Of a stretch of DNA of 64,000 bases, positions 48,089-58,006 are shown piece by piece. Below the pieces are notes generated by a model. The model did not search any database, was not told where the DNA came from, and was given only the letters and a program-made list of their open reading frames with translations. The position numbers and the translations under genes were made by a program. The DNA comes from Endomicrobiia bacterium. GTDB taxonomy: Bacteria > Elusimicrobiota > Endomicrobiia > DTEH01. The stretch covers positions 31,984 through 95,983 of the forward strand of contig JBCNUU010000002.1 in the NCBI GenBank assembly GCA_039630545.1, in the 5' to 3' direction. Numbering within the stretch: the first letter of the stretch is position 1; every line of letters begins with the position of its first letter.

Positions 48089-48757
48089 ATGAAATTATTT
48101 ATTGATTCTGCTGATATAGAAGAAATAAAAAGAATAAATCAACTGGGAATTTTAAGTGGAATAACTACTAACCCGACACTTTTAGCTAAAACATTAGGTA
48201 ATAAAAAACCAGAAAATGTTTTTGAAGAGACAAAAAAAATTCTAAAAGAAATATGTGAGATAACAAATGTTCCGGTGTTAGCAGAACCAGTTAGTACTGA
48301 ATGTGAAAAAATAGTCAAAGAAAGTTTAGAACTCGCAGAGATTTCTCCTCAAATTGTTGCGAAAATACCAATAACTGAAGAGGGATTGAAAGCAGCAAAA
48401 ATTTTAAAACAAAAAGATATTAAAATAGCTTTTACATTGATATTTTCTTTAAAACAGGCAATAATTGCAGCTATGGCTAAAGCCGACTATATATGTCCTT
48501 TTGTGGGAAGATTAGATGATATAGGGGAAAAAGGAATTGAACTAGTTGAGCAAATTGTAAAAGTATACAAAAATTATAATTGGAATACTGAAATAATAGT
48601 TGCTTCTGTAAGAAATGTAGAACACATAACATATTCAGCTTTATACGGAGCTGACGCTGTAACAGTTCCCTATAGAATTATAACCGAACTTATTCATCAT
48701 ATGCTTACTCAAAAAGGAATTGAAAAGTTTTTAGAAGATTGGAAAAAAATTTCCTAG
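48089..48757 (+). CDS. Small-family transaldolase (TalC/FSA family)
   Basis: FIDSAD, GITTNPT, Schiff-base KIP, PFVGRLDD, ASVR, KFLEDW. Confidence 0.93.
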   Translation: MKLFIDSADIEEIKRINQLGILSGITTNPTLLAKTLGNKKPENVFEETKKILKEICEITNVPVLAEPVSTECEKIVKESLELAEISPQIVAKIPITEEGLKAAKILKQKDIKIAFTLIFSLKQAIIAAMAKADYICPFVGRLDDIGEKGIELVEQIVKVYKNYNWNTEIIVASVRNVEHITYSALYGADAVTVPYRIITELIHHMLTQKGIEKFLEDWKKIS

Positions 48758-48772
48758 AAATTCTATAAGAAA

Positions 48773-48860
48773 CGGAGGGAGAGGGATTCGAACCCCCGGT
48801 ACCGCAAAGCGGTACACTGGTTTTCAAGACCAGCCCCATAAACCACTCGGGCATCCCTCC
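48773..48860 (-). tRNA. tRNA-Ser (anticodon UGA); CCA not encoded
   Basis: Reverse complement GGAGGGATGCCCGAGTGGTTTATGGGG-CTGGT-CTTGAAA-ACCAG-TGTACCGCTTTGCGGTAC(long variable arm)-CGGGGGTTCGAATCCCTC-TCCCTCC-G. Confidence 0.96.
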
Positions 48861-49012
48861 TTTTTTATAAAAATTTTTTATTAAAATTTAGTTTCAAATT
48901 CAACATTTAAATAACTGCTTTGAAAAATTAAATTTTAGTTGAAAAAATAAAATAATTTTTATATAAAATTCTAAATTATAAAATTTACATAGTTTTTCTA
49001 AAAATTTTTAAA

Positions 49013-50284
49013 ATGTTTTCTAAAAAAGTTCGTGGTGTAAGAGATATATTACCAGACGAAGCAAAAAAAATAGACTACATAGAAGAAATTTGTCAAACTT
49101 CAGCAAAGAAGTTTGGATTTAAAAAAGTAATTCTTCCTATAATTGAAAACTTACAACTATTCTATCATACTTTAGGACAAACCTCAGATATTGTAGAAAA
49201 ACAAATGTTTATAATACAAAGTAGATCTTCCAAAGAAACAGATACTTTGACCTTAAGACCGGAAGGAACCGCTGGTATGGTTCGTTTTTTTGTAGAAAAC
49301 AATATAAAAAATAAATATCCTTTAAAACGCTTTTTTTATTCAGGTCCTATGTTTAGATATGAAAGACCACAAAAAGGCAGATATAGAGAATTTTATCAAT
49401 TTGGATTTGAAATTTTTGATGAAGCTCCTGTTAGTAGTGATGTAATTCTAATAAGTTTAATAAATGAAATTTTAAAAAAATTATCTATAGAATATGTACT
49501 TGAAATAAACAGCATAGGATGTATAAATTGTAGGCCGAAGCTTTTAGAAAATATAAAAAAAGAACTAAAAAAAATAGAAAATATTCTGTGTGATGTTTGT
49601 AAAATAAAATTAGAAAAAAATCCCTTAAGAATTCTTGATTGTAAAATGGATATTTCAAAAATAGAGGAGACAGATGTTTTAAAAAATATAAACTTTATAG
49701 AAAATATATGTAATGAGTGTAAGGAAAATTTTGAAGATACAATTAAATTATTTGATTATTTATCAATCAACTATAAAATAAACACTTTTATAGTTCGTGG
49801 TTTAGACTATTATAATGGCTTAGTATTTGAATACAAATCTTTTAATTTAAATGCAGCTCAAAACACAATATGTGCTGGAGGAAGATACGATTTTTTGGTA
49901 AAACAATTTGATACACAAATAAACTATGCATGTGGAGCAGCTTTGGGGATAGATAGAGTTGCAGAGCTTTTATCAGAAAATTTCAAAGATTTCGAATCTA
50001 AAACAAAAATAGGCATTGCCATAGTTGACGACAAATACATTCCAAAAAGTTTTGAGATATTAAATATGATTTCAAAAAACTTAAAAGATTTCAGCATCTT
50101 GGGACCTTTTATAAAAAGGAGTTTAAAGTCACAGCTTAGATTATTTAATAGCGAAGGCTGCAGATATGTAATAATTATAGGTGATGAAATAAAAGAAAAC
50201 AAAGTAATAATTAAAGATTTTACAAAAAATTTTCAAAAAATTTTAAAACTTGAAGAGTTACCAAATAGCATTTATGAAATCTAA
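49013..50284 (+). CDS. hisS: Histidine--tRNA ligase
   Basis: RGVRDILP, LRPEGTAG, FRYERPQKGRYREFYQ, VRGLDYY, AGGRYD, GIDR. Confidence 0.97.
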   Translation: MFSKKVRGVRDILPDEAKKIDYIEEICQTSAKKFGFKKVILPIIENLQLFYHTLGQTSDIVEKQMFIIQSRSSKETDTLTLRPEGTAGMVRFFVENNIKNKYPLKRFFYSGPMFRYERPQKGRYREFYQFGFEIFDEAPVSSDVILISLINEILKKLSIEYVLEINSIGCINCRPKLLENIKKELKKIENILCDVCKIKLEKNPLRILDCKMDISKIEETDVLKNINFIENICNECKENFEDTIKLFDYLSINYKINTFIVRGLDYYNGLVFEYKSFNLNAAQNTICAGGRYDFLVKQFDTQINYACGAALGIDRVAELLSENFKDFESKTKIGIAIVDDKYIPKSFEILNMISKNLKDFSILGPFIKRSLKSQLRLFNSEGCRYVIIIGDEIKENKVIIKDFTKNFQKILKLEELPNSIYEI

Positions 50285-53078
50285 TTTTAAAATCTTTTGG
50301 TTTTTGATAGTATTTGTCATAGGAATTAATTTAACATATTCTGACATAGAAATTGGTATTTCTTATTTTTTAAACGGTAATTATGAACTATCAGAATTGA
50401 TGTTTAAAAGAAACAATTTTTATGAAAAGGGCATTAATTTGTATTCTGATTTCTATTTAGGGTATCTATTATATTTAAACGACAAAATTAACTTATCAAA
50501 AGAAATTTTCAAAAGATATATTGATAATACTTCAATAGATAACAACTTAAGACTTTATTCGAATCTAATATACGCTGAATGTTGTGTATTATTAAATGAA
50601 TATGAGGAAGCATTAACTGTTTATGATAAGATTTTAGAAAAATCTTCCATTTCGAATCTAGAAAGTGATCTATTAATGTATAGTTTATATGGTAAGATTT
50701 ATTCTTTATACAAACTAAAAAAATATAACAATACTTTGATCACAATTTCTTTGTTTAAATCTTACGTAAGTAAGAAAAAAATTATAAAAATTGACCCTCA
50801 GATAGAACAGCAAATAGAATATATTTTGGCTGATTGTTGGTATCAAAAAGGAAATTATAATAAAGCAAAAGATATTTTTCAAAATTTTGTCACAAAATAC
50901 AAAAATTCACCATTAGCGGCATATAGTAATTTTAAATTGTTTTTAATATATGATAACCAACAAAATTATAAAGAAGCAGAAAATATTCTTAAATCGTTAG
51001 AAAACACTACTTCATCTTTAGAATTGCAGGATATAATAAAATATAATTTAGCAAGAATATTGTTAAAACAAAAGAAATTTAACAGTGCTATTAAAATTTA
51101 TCAACAGATGCTCTCAAACATTCAGAATACACAATTTAAATATCACATTGAATTAGAACTTGCTTATTGTTTTTATCAACTTAAAAACTATCAAAAAACG
51201 ATAGAAATTTTAAATAAAATAGATACTAAAAAAGAGGAAATTAATATAAATAAGGATTATTTGCTTGGATTGGCTTACTTTTGCAATAAAAACTATGAAG
51301 CAGCTATCCAAACTTTTAACAAATTTTTAAAATTATATCCAGCTACCACTAAATGGTATGATGACGTAATTTATTGGTTAGGTGTCAGTTATTACAGAGA
51401 TAAACAATTTAACAAAGCTATTCAAACTTTTTCTTTTTTTAAAAATAAAAAAAGCTCAACTTATTATCTTGCAGCATATCTTTATACTGCTAAAAGCTAT
51501 AAGGAACTTAAAGAGTATGAATTAGCTAAACTGATTCTTAATTCTTTGCTAGAACAAAAAAACAAACTAAACGAATCTTCGGTTGGTATATTGCTATACG
51601 AATTGGCAGAAAACTATAAGCTTTCATATGAGTTCCAAATAGCTCTTCAGTATTATAAAAAAATTATAGAAAAAAATATAAAAGATGAATACCTTTTGAA
51701 TTCAGCAAAAATTTCTATGGCAGAAATTTATAATCATTTAAACAAATATGATGAGGCAGAAAGATTACTTTCAGAAGTCCTTGATTTGGATAAACTACCT
51801 GAAGAGTTAGTCTTAAAAGCAAAAATTTTATACATGGAGTCAAAATATAATTTAAATAACTTAAAAGAAGTAGAAACTGTTGCTGATGAAATAGTAAATT
51901 ATTATATCAATAAATTATCAAATGATGAATTAAAATACATAACTAATTTATTTACAAAAATTTATTTCCATACAAAAAATTTTAAAAAACTTATAGAAAT
52001 ATTAGAAAAAATATCTCTAAAAATGAACAATTCCGAAGAAAAATTGTTATTGGATCTTAAAATCATAAGAATAGCAAACTTGACAAAAGATTATAATAAA
52101 CTTTACAATAAAGTTACAAGAATACAGAAAGAAAATAAAAAAGTTGATGTATTATGTATCACTGATTTTTACTTGTCAAAATATTATCTGGAGTTAAATA
52201 ACATAAAAGAGCTTATGTATGAACTTTTAAAGTTTAATAATTATCCTTCAAGTGCTTATAAATATTTTACTTATGAAGAATTTTACGAGTTATTGTCTAT
52301 ATGTAAAAAAAACTCTCCAGAAACTACAATGTATCTTTGTGAAAATATTCTTCCTTATTTAAATTTCGAAAATTATCAAAAGGTTGAACTTATAAAAAAT
52401 ATTATAGAAAGCTTTATAGGCGAAAAAGAATATCAAAAAGCAGTCAAACTTTTATCCTTGATCAAAAAAATCTCACAAGATCCTTATAATTTAGCTTATT
52501 CTGAATTTGTGATAGGCAAAATATACGAATCTACAGGTAAAACTGAACTAGCTAAAAGTATATATGAAGGCATTATAGAAAAATATCCTGAATCACCATT
52601 TCTTCCTCAAATTTATATTTCTTTGATAAAATATTATAAAAACAAGAATGAAAATGAAAAAGCCCAGTTTTATGAAGAACAACTTACAGTAAAGTATCCT
52701 AACGAAGAAGAAACTCATAAATATTTATTTGAAAAAGCAAAAGTCTTAATGAGCAACTCTGAATATCTTGATGCTATAGAAATTTTTAAAAAATTAGTTA
52801 ATTCAAAAAGCTTTGCAGATATTTCGCAAAAACTTTTAGCTGATTGTTATTTCAATTTAGGAAAATATAAAGAAGCTTCTGTAGAATATCTAAGGTTGAT
52901 TTATCTTCATCCAGACAAAATTGAACTTTGTTCAGAAGCACAATATATGGTGGGAGTCTGTGCAGAAAAACTGAATTTATATAATGAAGCTAAAAAAGCT
53001 TATATAAGCTCCAAAGAAAAATACCCAGGCACTTTATGGGCACAAGAAGCTGAATTGAAATTAAAAAAATTCAAATAA
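50274..53078 (+). CDS. Large exported TPR-repeat protein
   Basis: ATG 50274 gives a signal peptide (MKSNFKIFWFLIVFVIGINLTYS); many CpoB/BamD-like TPRs (FLKLYP, IIEKYPESP, KYPGT). Confidence 0.85.
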   Translation: MKSNFKIFWFLIVFVIGINLTYSDIEIGISYFLNGNYELSELMFKRNNFYEKGINLYSDFYLGYLLYLNDKINLSKEIFKRYIDNTSIDNNLRLYSNLIYAECCVLLNEYEEALTVYDKILEKSSISNLESDLLMYSLYGKIYSLYKLKKYNNTLITISLFKSYVSKKKIIKIDPQIEQQIEYILADCWYQKGNYNKAKDIFQNFVTKYKNSPLAAYSNFKLFLIYDNQQNYKEAENILKSLENTTSSLELQDIIKYNLARILLKQKKFNSAIKIYQQMLSNIQNTQFKYHIELELAYCFYQLKNYQKTIEILNKIDTKKEEININKDYLLGLAYFCNKNYEAAIQTFNKFLKLYPATTKWYDDVIYWLGVSYYRDKQFNKAIQTFSFFKNKKSSTYYLAAYLYTAKSYKELKEYELAKLILNSLLEQKNKLNESSVGILLYELAENYKLSYEFQIALQYYKKIIEKNIKDEYLLNSAKISMAEIYNHLNKYDEAERLLSEVLDLDKLPEELVLKAKILYMESKYNLNNLKEVETVADEIVNYYINKLSNDELKYITNLFTKIYFHTKNFKKLIEILEKISLKMNNSEEKLLLDLKIIRIANLTKDYNKLYNKVTRIQKENKKVDVLCITDFYLSKYYLELNNIKELMYELLKFNNYPSSAYKYFTYEEFYELLSICKKNSPETTMYLCENILPYLNFENYQKVELIKNIIESFIGEKEYQKAVKLLSLIKKISQDPYNLAYSEFVIGKIYESTGKTELAKSIYEGIIEKYPESPFLPQIYISLIKYYKNKNENEKAQFYEEQLTVKYPNEEETHKYLFEKAKVLMSNSEYLDAIEIFKKLVNSKSFADISQKLLADCYFNLGKYKEASVEYLRLIYLHPDKIELCSEAQYMVGVCAEKLNLYNEAKKAYISSKEKYPGTLWAQEAELKLKKFK

Positions 53079-53089
53079 AGCAGTCATGA

Positions 53090-54547
53090 ATGGAGTTTTC
53101 AATAGTGAAAATTTTGGCGTTTTTATTTATATTTTTTTTCCAACTAAAATCACAACAAATAGGTACTACGACATTTACTATTGATGACATTATGATTCAA
53201 CAAGAAGAAAATTTGCAATTTCGTTTTGAGTATACCCCTAAAGAAATTGATATCCCTACTATAGAATATGAAGATATCGAACCTTATTATCAACAATTTT
53301 TTTCCTCTGATATTAACAAACTTAAGCTAAATTATCAGATATTGTCTTTACAAAGTTTAAATAAAAGAAACATAAAGATTCTTGCTGGAGAAAAAAATTA
53401 TTTTGTTTTAGCTAATATAAAAAATTTACAAAGGGAATTTGATATTAAATATGAAAAAATAAATACTGGAATAGATAAAAGTTATATAGATTTTAATTAT
53501 AATTTGAGTTACTACAAAACTTTTGATACTTTGACTTTAAAAAATAACTTCTTATATTTTGTTAAATTTCTAACAAATGTTAATAACCAGATAAATTATG
53601 AGCTGGAAATAAGCAAAGTTATTGGTAAAAACATGATACTTTCATTTTCACCATTATTCCAGTACAACTATTTTGTAAAAGAGAATCTAAGCATTTTATT
53701 CAACAAAAATGAATTAAATTTAGATCTTATTTTTACTAATAAAACCATGACAAATTTAAAAATTATCAATTTTAATGACAGTGCTATTACGATATCTTCA
53801 TTAAATTTTATCTTTAAAAATTTTATCATAGAAAATTCTTATTTAAATTTTTCTTTTGGCCATAATGAAAAAACGAAAAAATTTCTTTATGGAAGTGAAT
53901 TTTACAAAAGTTTTTCTAACTTAGAAATTTCTTTTAGTTTTAAAAAAGATGTTTATTATGAATTCATAAAAGAATATTTTATTAAATTTCCAGAACTACA
54001 CTATATAAAAGAAGAAATAATTAAATTTCCAGAAATCGAAAACTTAGAAACGAATTTAGGATATAATTATAAAGGACTAAAAATAAATTTTTTATTTAGA
54101 AACACATTTTATAATTATTATCCATCTTATAATTTTTCAAACAATTTCATTTATACATATTTTATAAAAGATCAAAAAATTGATTATATAATGTTCAAAA
54201 TTTTTTTTCCATTTAAAAAATCCAAATTTAATCTCGAAACAGAACATATAATTTCATCTACAAAATCCATATTTTTACCATCCACTGTCACTAAATTTAC
54301 TTTTGAAACATCGCTAAAAAATACTTATTTTTTACAAACTTTTTTATATAATGGAGAAATGCAAATTAATAATTATGAAAAATTAGAAAAGAGAATTATT
54401 TCTAATACAGAATTGCAGTTTTTTATCTCAAAAGATTTTTCAATAGACACAAAACTTGTTATACCTGTTGCTGGCAAAAATTATCTTATTCCAAATACTT
54501 ATTATCCAGCTTATTTCTTGACAGGTATAAATTTAAAATTCAAATAA
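53090..54547 (+). CDS. Putative outer-membrane beta-barrel protein
   Basis: Signal peptide, aromatic/Asn-rich alternating strands, C-terminal YFLTGINLKF(K). Confidence 0.55.
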   Translation: MEFSIVKILAFLFIFFFQLKSQQIGTTTFTIDDIMIQQEENLQFRFEYTPKEIDIPTIEYEDIEPYYQQFFSSDINKLKLNYQILSLQSLNKRNIKILAGEKNYFVLANIKNLQREFDIKYEKINTGIDKSYIDFNYNLSYYKTFDTLTLKNNFLYFVKFLTNVNNQINYELEISKVIGKNMILSFSPLFQYNYFVKENLSILFNKNELNLDLIFTNKTMTNLKIINFNDSAITISSLNFIFKNFIIENSYLNFSFGHNEKTKKFLYGSEFYKSFSNLEISFSFKKDVYYEFIKEYFIKFPELHYIKEEIIKFPEIENLETNLGYNYKGLKINFLFRNTFYNYYPSYNFSNNFIYTYFIKDQKIDYIMFKIFFPFKKSKFNLETEHIISSTKSIFLPSTVTKFTFETSLKNTYFLQTFLYNGEMQINNYEKLEKRIISNTELQFFISKDFSIDTKLVIPVAGKNYLIPNTYYPAYFLTGINLKFK

Positions 54548-54560
54548 AAGGAGATTTAAA

Positions 54561-55166
54561 ATGTTAGAATATTTTTTAAAAGGTGGTATTTTAATGTATC
54601 CTATTTTGTTATGTTCGATAATATCATTTACTATTATTATTGAAAGGTTGGCATTTTTTTCAACAAACAAAATCAACCCAAATATCCTCCATAAAGTCTT
54701 AGAACTGATCGCACATAAAGAATATGAAAAAGCAAAAAAATTACTACAAAATACTGCTGAAATTATAAAATTAATTTTTTTAAAATCCATAGAAGAAATA
54801 AATTCACCTAATTTTACTGAAATCCTTGAAGATACAGCTGAACAGCAAATCTCGCGAATTGAAAGATTTTTACCACTTCTTGCTGCTGTAGCTTCAATTT
54901 CTACACTTCTTGGCTTTACAGGAACTGTAGTTGGAATGATTAAAGCATTTGAGTCAATTGCCCAAGCAGGATACGCCTCACCTCAAGTAGTAGCCAGAGG
55001 CATTGCAGAAGCTCTAATTACCACTGCAGCTGGACTTATTGTTGCAATTCCTACAATAGCTTTTTATCATTATTTTAATTATCGGGTAAACAGATACTTA
55101 ACTCAACTTGAACATTATCTTAAAGAACTTGTAAATCTAAAAAAAATATCTGAAAAGGAGAACTAA
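54561..55166 (+). CDS. MotA/TolQ/ExbB proton-channel family protein
   Basis: GGILMYPI...IIER, STLLGFTGTVVGMI, GIAEALITTAAGLIVAIP. Confidence 0.93.
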   Translation: MLEYFLKGGILMYPILLCSIISFTIIIERLAFFSTNKINPNILHKVLELIAHKEYEKAKKLLQNTAEIIKLIFLKSIEEINSPNFTEILEDTAEQQISRIERFLPLLAAVASISTLLGFTGTVVGMIKAFESIAQAGYASPQVVARGIAEALITTAAGLIVAIPTIAFYHYFNYRVNRYLTQLEHYLKELVNLKKISEKEN

Positions 55167-55520
55167 ATGAATAACCTTCAATTTTTAATTTTAGGAGTAC
55201 TAACAGGTATTTTAGGTGGTCTTCTGGGTATAGGAGGAGGGACAATAATTATTCCGTATTTGGTGTATATTTCTTCCTTTTCACAACATCAGGCACAAGG
55301 AGTTTCTTTAGTATTATACTCATTACCTGTAGGTTTATCAGCTGCTTTAAAATATTACAAAGAAGGGAATTTAAATCTAAAAGTTGGTTTAATAGTTTCT
55401 TTAGGTTTTTTAATTGGAGGATATTTAGGTGCAACAATAGCACATAAAATTCCAGAATTACTACTTAGAAAGATTTTTGGAGTATACCTTTTAATTGTGG
55501 CTTTTAGAATGCTTTTTTAA
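55167..55520 (+). CDS. Half-size TauE/SafE (TSUP) family membrane protein
   Basis: GLLGIGGGTIIIP, QHQAQGVSL, GGYLGA, LRKIFG. Confidence 0.85.
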   Translation: MNNLQFLILGVLTGILGGLLGIGGGTIIIPYLVYISSFSQHQAQGVSLVLYSLPVGLSAALKYYKEGNLNLKVGLIVSLGFLIGGYLGATIAHKIPELLLRKIFGVYLLIVAFRMLF

Positions 55521-55544
55521 TTTCAAAAACCACAGCAAAATCGT

Positions 55545-56810
55545 ATGGAAATTATAGCAGACCTACATATTCATTCAAGATATTCTCGTGCTACTTCAAA
55601 AGATATGAATTTATCAGAAATTACCAGATGGGCAAAACTTAAAGGAATTTCTGTTATAGGGACCGGAGATTTTACTCATCCAGGATGGTTATCTGAACTT
55701 AAGAATAATCTTATCCAGGTTTCTGACAGTACATATCAATACAATGGAGTTTATTTTTTGCTTACTGGAGAAATAAGCAATATATTTAACAGAAACGGTA
55801 AGAATTATCGAATTCATAATATAATATTCATGCCAGACTTTGAATCAGTAGAAAAACTTAATAGAATTTTACAAAATTATGGTGACCTAGTAGTTGATGG
55901 AAGGCCGGTTTTATCTCTTGACTGTATTTCAGTTGTAGAAATTGTATATTCTATTACAGAAAATGCATTGATAGTACCTGCTCATGCCTGGACACCACAT
56001 TTTTCTATTTTTGGTTCTTTAAGTGGATTTGATTCAATTGAGGAATGTTTTGGCAAATATGCAAATTATATCAAGAGTATTGAAACTGGATTGTCATCTG
56101 ATCCAAAGATGAACTGGAGACTTTCAAAGTTAGACAAAATAACTTTACTTTCTAATTCAGACGCTCATTCGCCGCAGAATTTAGGAAGAGAAGCTAATGT
56201 ATTTAATTTTGATATGGAAAAAATTAGTGATTTGTATAAGGAAATAATTTCTACTATTAAAAATAAAGATAAAAATAAATTTCTTTATACCATAGAATTC
56301 TATCCAGAGGAAGGCAAATACCACTATGATGGCCATAGGATATGTGGAGTTTGCTGGTCTCCAGAAGAAACAAAAAAACATAATGGAATATGTCCTGTTT
56401 GTAATAAAAAAGTTACTGTTGGAGTTTTAAATCGTGTAGATCAATTAGCTGACAGAGCTAAAGGAATTTTTACAGATGAGTTTATACCATATAAAAATCT
56501 GATACCTCTTATGGAAATTATCGCAGATGCTCTAGGTTCAGGAAAAAATACTCAGAAAACTTTAAATGAATATTATTATATTACCACTCAGGTGGGCACT
56601 GAGTTTGATGTGCTACTTAAAATGTCACAACATGAACTTCAATCCAAAATTAATCCTAAAATAGCAGAAGGTATCATAAAGGTAAGAGAAGGTGAAGTCG
56701 ATATTTTTCCTGGTTACGATGGAGAATACGGAAAAATAAATATAAGATGGAATAAAGATATTAAATCACAGAAAACAAGTTCTTTTGATAAACAATTAGA
56801 ATTATTTTAA
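55545..56810 (+). CDS. Endonuclease Q-family (PHP domain) protein
   Basis: ADLHIHSRYSRATS, GTGDFTHP, PAHAWTP, ETGLSSD, SNSDAHS, GKYHYDGHRIC, CPVC, PGYDGEYG. Confidence 0.9.
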   Translation: MEIIADLHIHSRYSRATSKDMNLSEITRWAKLKGISVIGTGDFTHPGWLSELKNNLIQVSDSTYQYNGVYFLLTGEISNIFNRNGKNYRIHNIIFMPDFESVEKLNRILQNYGDLVVDGRPVLSLDCISVVEIVYSITENALIVPAHAWTPHFSIFGSLSGFDSIEECFGKYANYIKSIETGLSSDPKMNWRLSKLDKITLLSNSDAHSPQNLGREANVFNFDMEKISDLYKEIISTIKNKDKNKFLYTIEFYPEEGKYHYDGHRICGVCWSPEETKKHNGICPVCNKKVTVGVLNRVDQLADRAKGIFTDEFIPYKNLIPLMEIIADALGSGKNTQKTLNEYYYITTQVGTEFDVLLKMSQHELQSKINPKIAEGIIKVREGEVDIFPGYDGEYGKINIRWNKDIKSQKTSSFDKQLELF

Positions 56811-56827
56811 ATTTATCAGGAGGTTTT

Positions 56828-57043
56828 ATGCAAACATTTTTAATAATTCTTTTAATTCTAGCAACTTTGGTTTTAGTTTTATATGAATTTTACGGAATAT
56901 ATAGAGCAAGAAAATTGGGTTTAACTAAAAATAAATCAAGAATGATAACTCACGGAATAATGGCTATATTGCTTTTGATATTGTTAGGAATAGTTATAAA
57001 CTTTGTAATTCAATATTTTAGAATTACAAAAATTTTGTTTTAA
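56828..57043 (+). CDS. Small two-TM hypothetical protein
   Basis: SD AGGAGG; two hydrophobic helices; fills the gap between neighbours. Confidence 0.65.
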   Translation: MQTFLIILLILATLVLVLYEFYGIYRARKLGLTKNKSRMITHGIMAILLLILLGIVINFVIQYFRITKILF

Positions 57044-57048
57044 GTTAT

Positions 57049-57456
57049 ATGCCAAAATCAAAAGGTTTTACAGTTTTAGAACTATGTTTGATAATTGTAA
57101 TAATTAGTATCATTACTTTTTTAATAATTAATATATATCAGAATATAATTGATAAGATGACATTTTCCATGGCAAAAAATAACTTAGCAGTTTTACAAAG
57201 ACAAATATGGATGTATTATACATTAGAAGGAAAATATCCAGATACACTTTTTGAACTTATACATAAAGGATATCTAAAGGAAATTCCTTTATTAAATATT
57301 AAATACCATCCACCAACAAGAAATGTAGTGGTAAGTGATCAACCTTATGATAACACCACAGATTTAGGTGTGTGGTATTATGAGTATAAATCTGGTATAA
57401 TAAAAATAGCTTGTACGCATAAAGACCTTGAAGGCGTAGAAATTTACAAATGGTAA
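57049..57456 (+). CDS. Type IV pilin / T2SS pseudopilin-like protein
   Basis: Class III signal KSKG|FTVLEL, hydrophobic helix, YYTLEGKYPDTL..L...GYLKEIP. Confidence 0.8.
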   Translation: MPKSKGFTVLELCLIIVIISIITFLIINIYQNIIDKMTFSMAKNNLAVLQRQIWMYYTLEGKYPDTLFELIHKGYLKEIPLLNIKYHPPTRNVVVSDQPYDNTTDLGVWYYEYKSGIIKIACTHKDLEGVEIYKW

Positions 57457-57484
57457 ATTTAATTTTTTAAGGAGATAAAAAACT

Positions 57485-58003
57485 ATGATAAAAGTAAAAA
57501 TTGGAGATCTTCTTTTTGATGAAATTTCACAGATGGGTATAATATTGTTAGAAGAAGATATTGAAACTCCTCAACAAGAAAATTTTACAATTTCTGATAT
57601 AAAAGTTTTACCAATATGGATAGGCATGTTTGAAGCACAGGCTATAATGTTTAAACTTCAAAATATGTTTTTTCCGAGGCCTCTTACTCATGACTTATTA
57701 AAAAATTGTATAGAAGGACTTTATGGGAAAGTAGAGTATGTTTTGATTACCAGTATAAAAGACAATACATTTTATGCTGAAATTCACATCAAAGTAGATC
57801 AAAAAGAAGTAGTAATTGACAGTCGTCCTTCAGATGCTATAGCTTTAGCTATAAGGTGTGATTGTCCTATTTATGTAAATGAAGAAGTCATGAATTTAGC
57901 ATCTGTCAGAAAAGAAGACTTTCTTAAAGAACAAAAAGATAAAATTTTAAAACAGATTTTAGAAATCACACAGTTAGATGAAGAAAATAAGTCAAAACAT
58001 TAA
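57485..58003 (+). CDS. Bifunctional nuclease family protein (DUF151)
   Basis: LPIWIGMFEAQAI, PRPLTHDLL, DSRPSDAIALA. Confidence 0.93.
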   Translation: MIKVKIGDLLFDEISQMGIILLEEDIETPQQENFTISDIKVLPIWIGMFEAQAIMFKLQNMFFPRPLTHDLLKNCIEGLYGKVEYVLITSIKDNTFYAEIHIKVDQKEVVIDSRPSDAIALAIRCDCPIYVNEEVMNLASVRKEDFLKEQKDKILKQILEITQLDEENKSKH

Positions 58004-58006
58004 AAT

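Noticed and set aside
48773..48860. tRNA-Ser as an integration site for an island
   Set aside because: No integrase, no duplicated tRNA 3' end noticed, and housekeeping-type genes on both sides.
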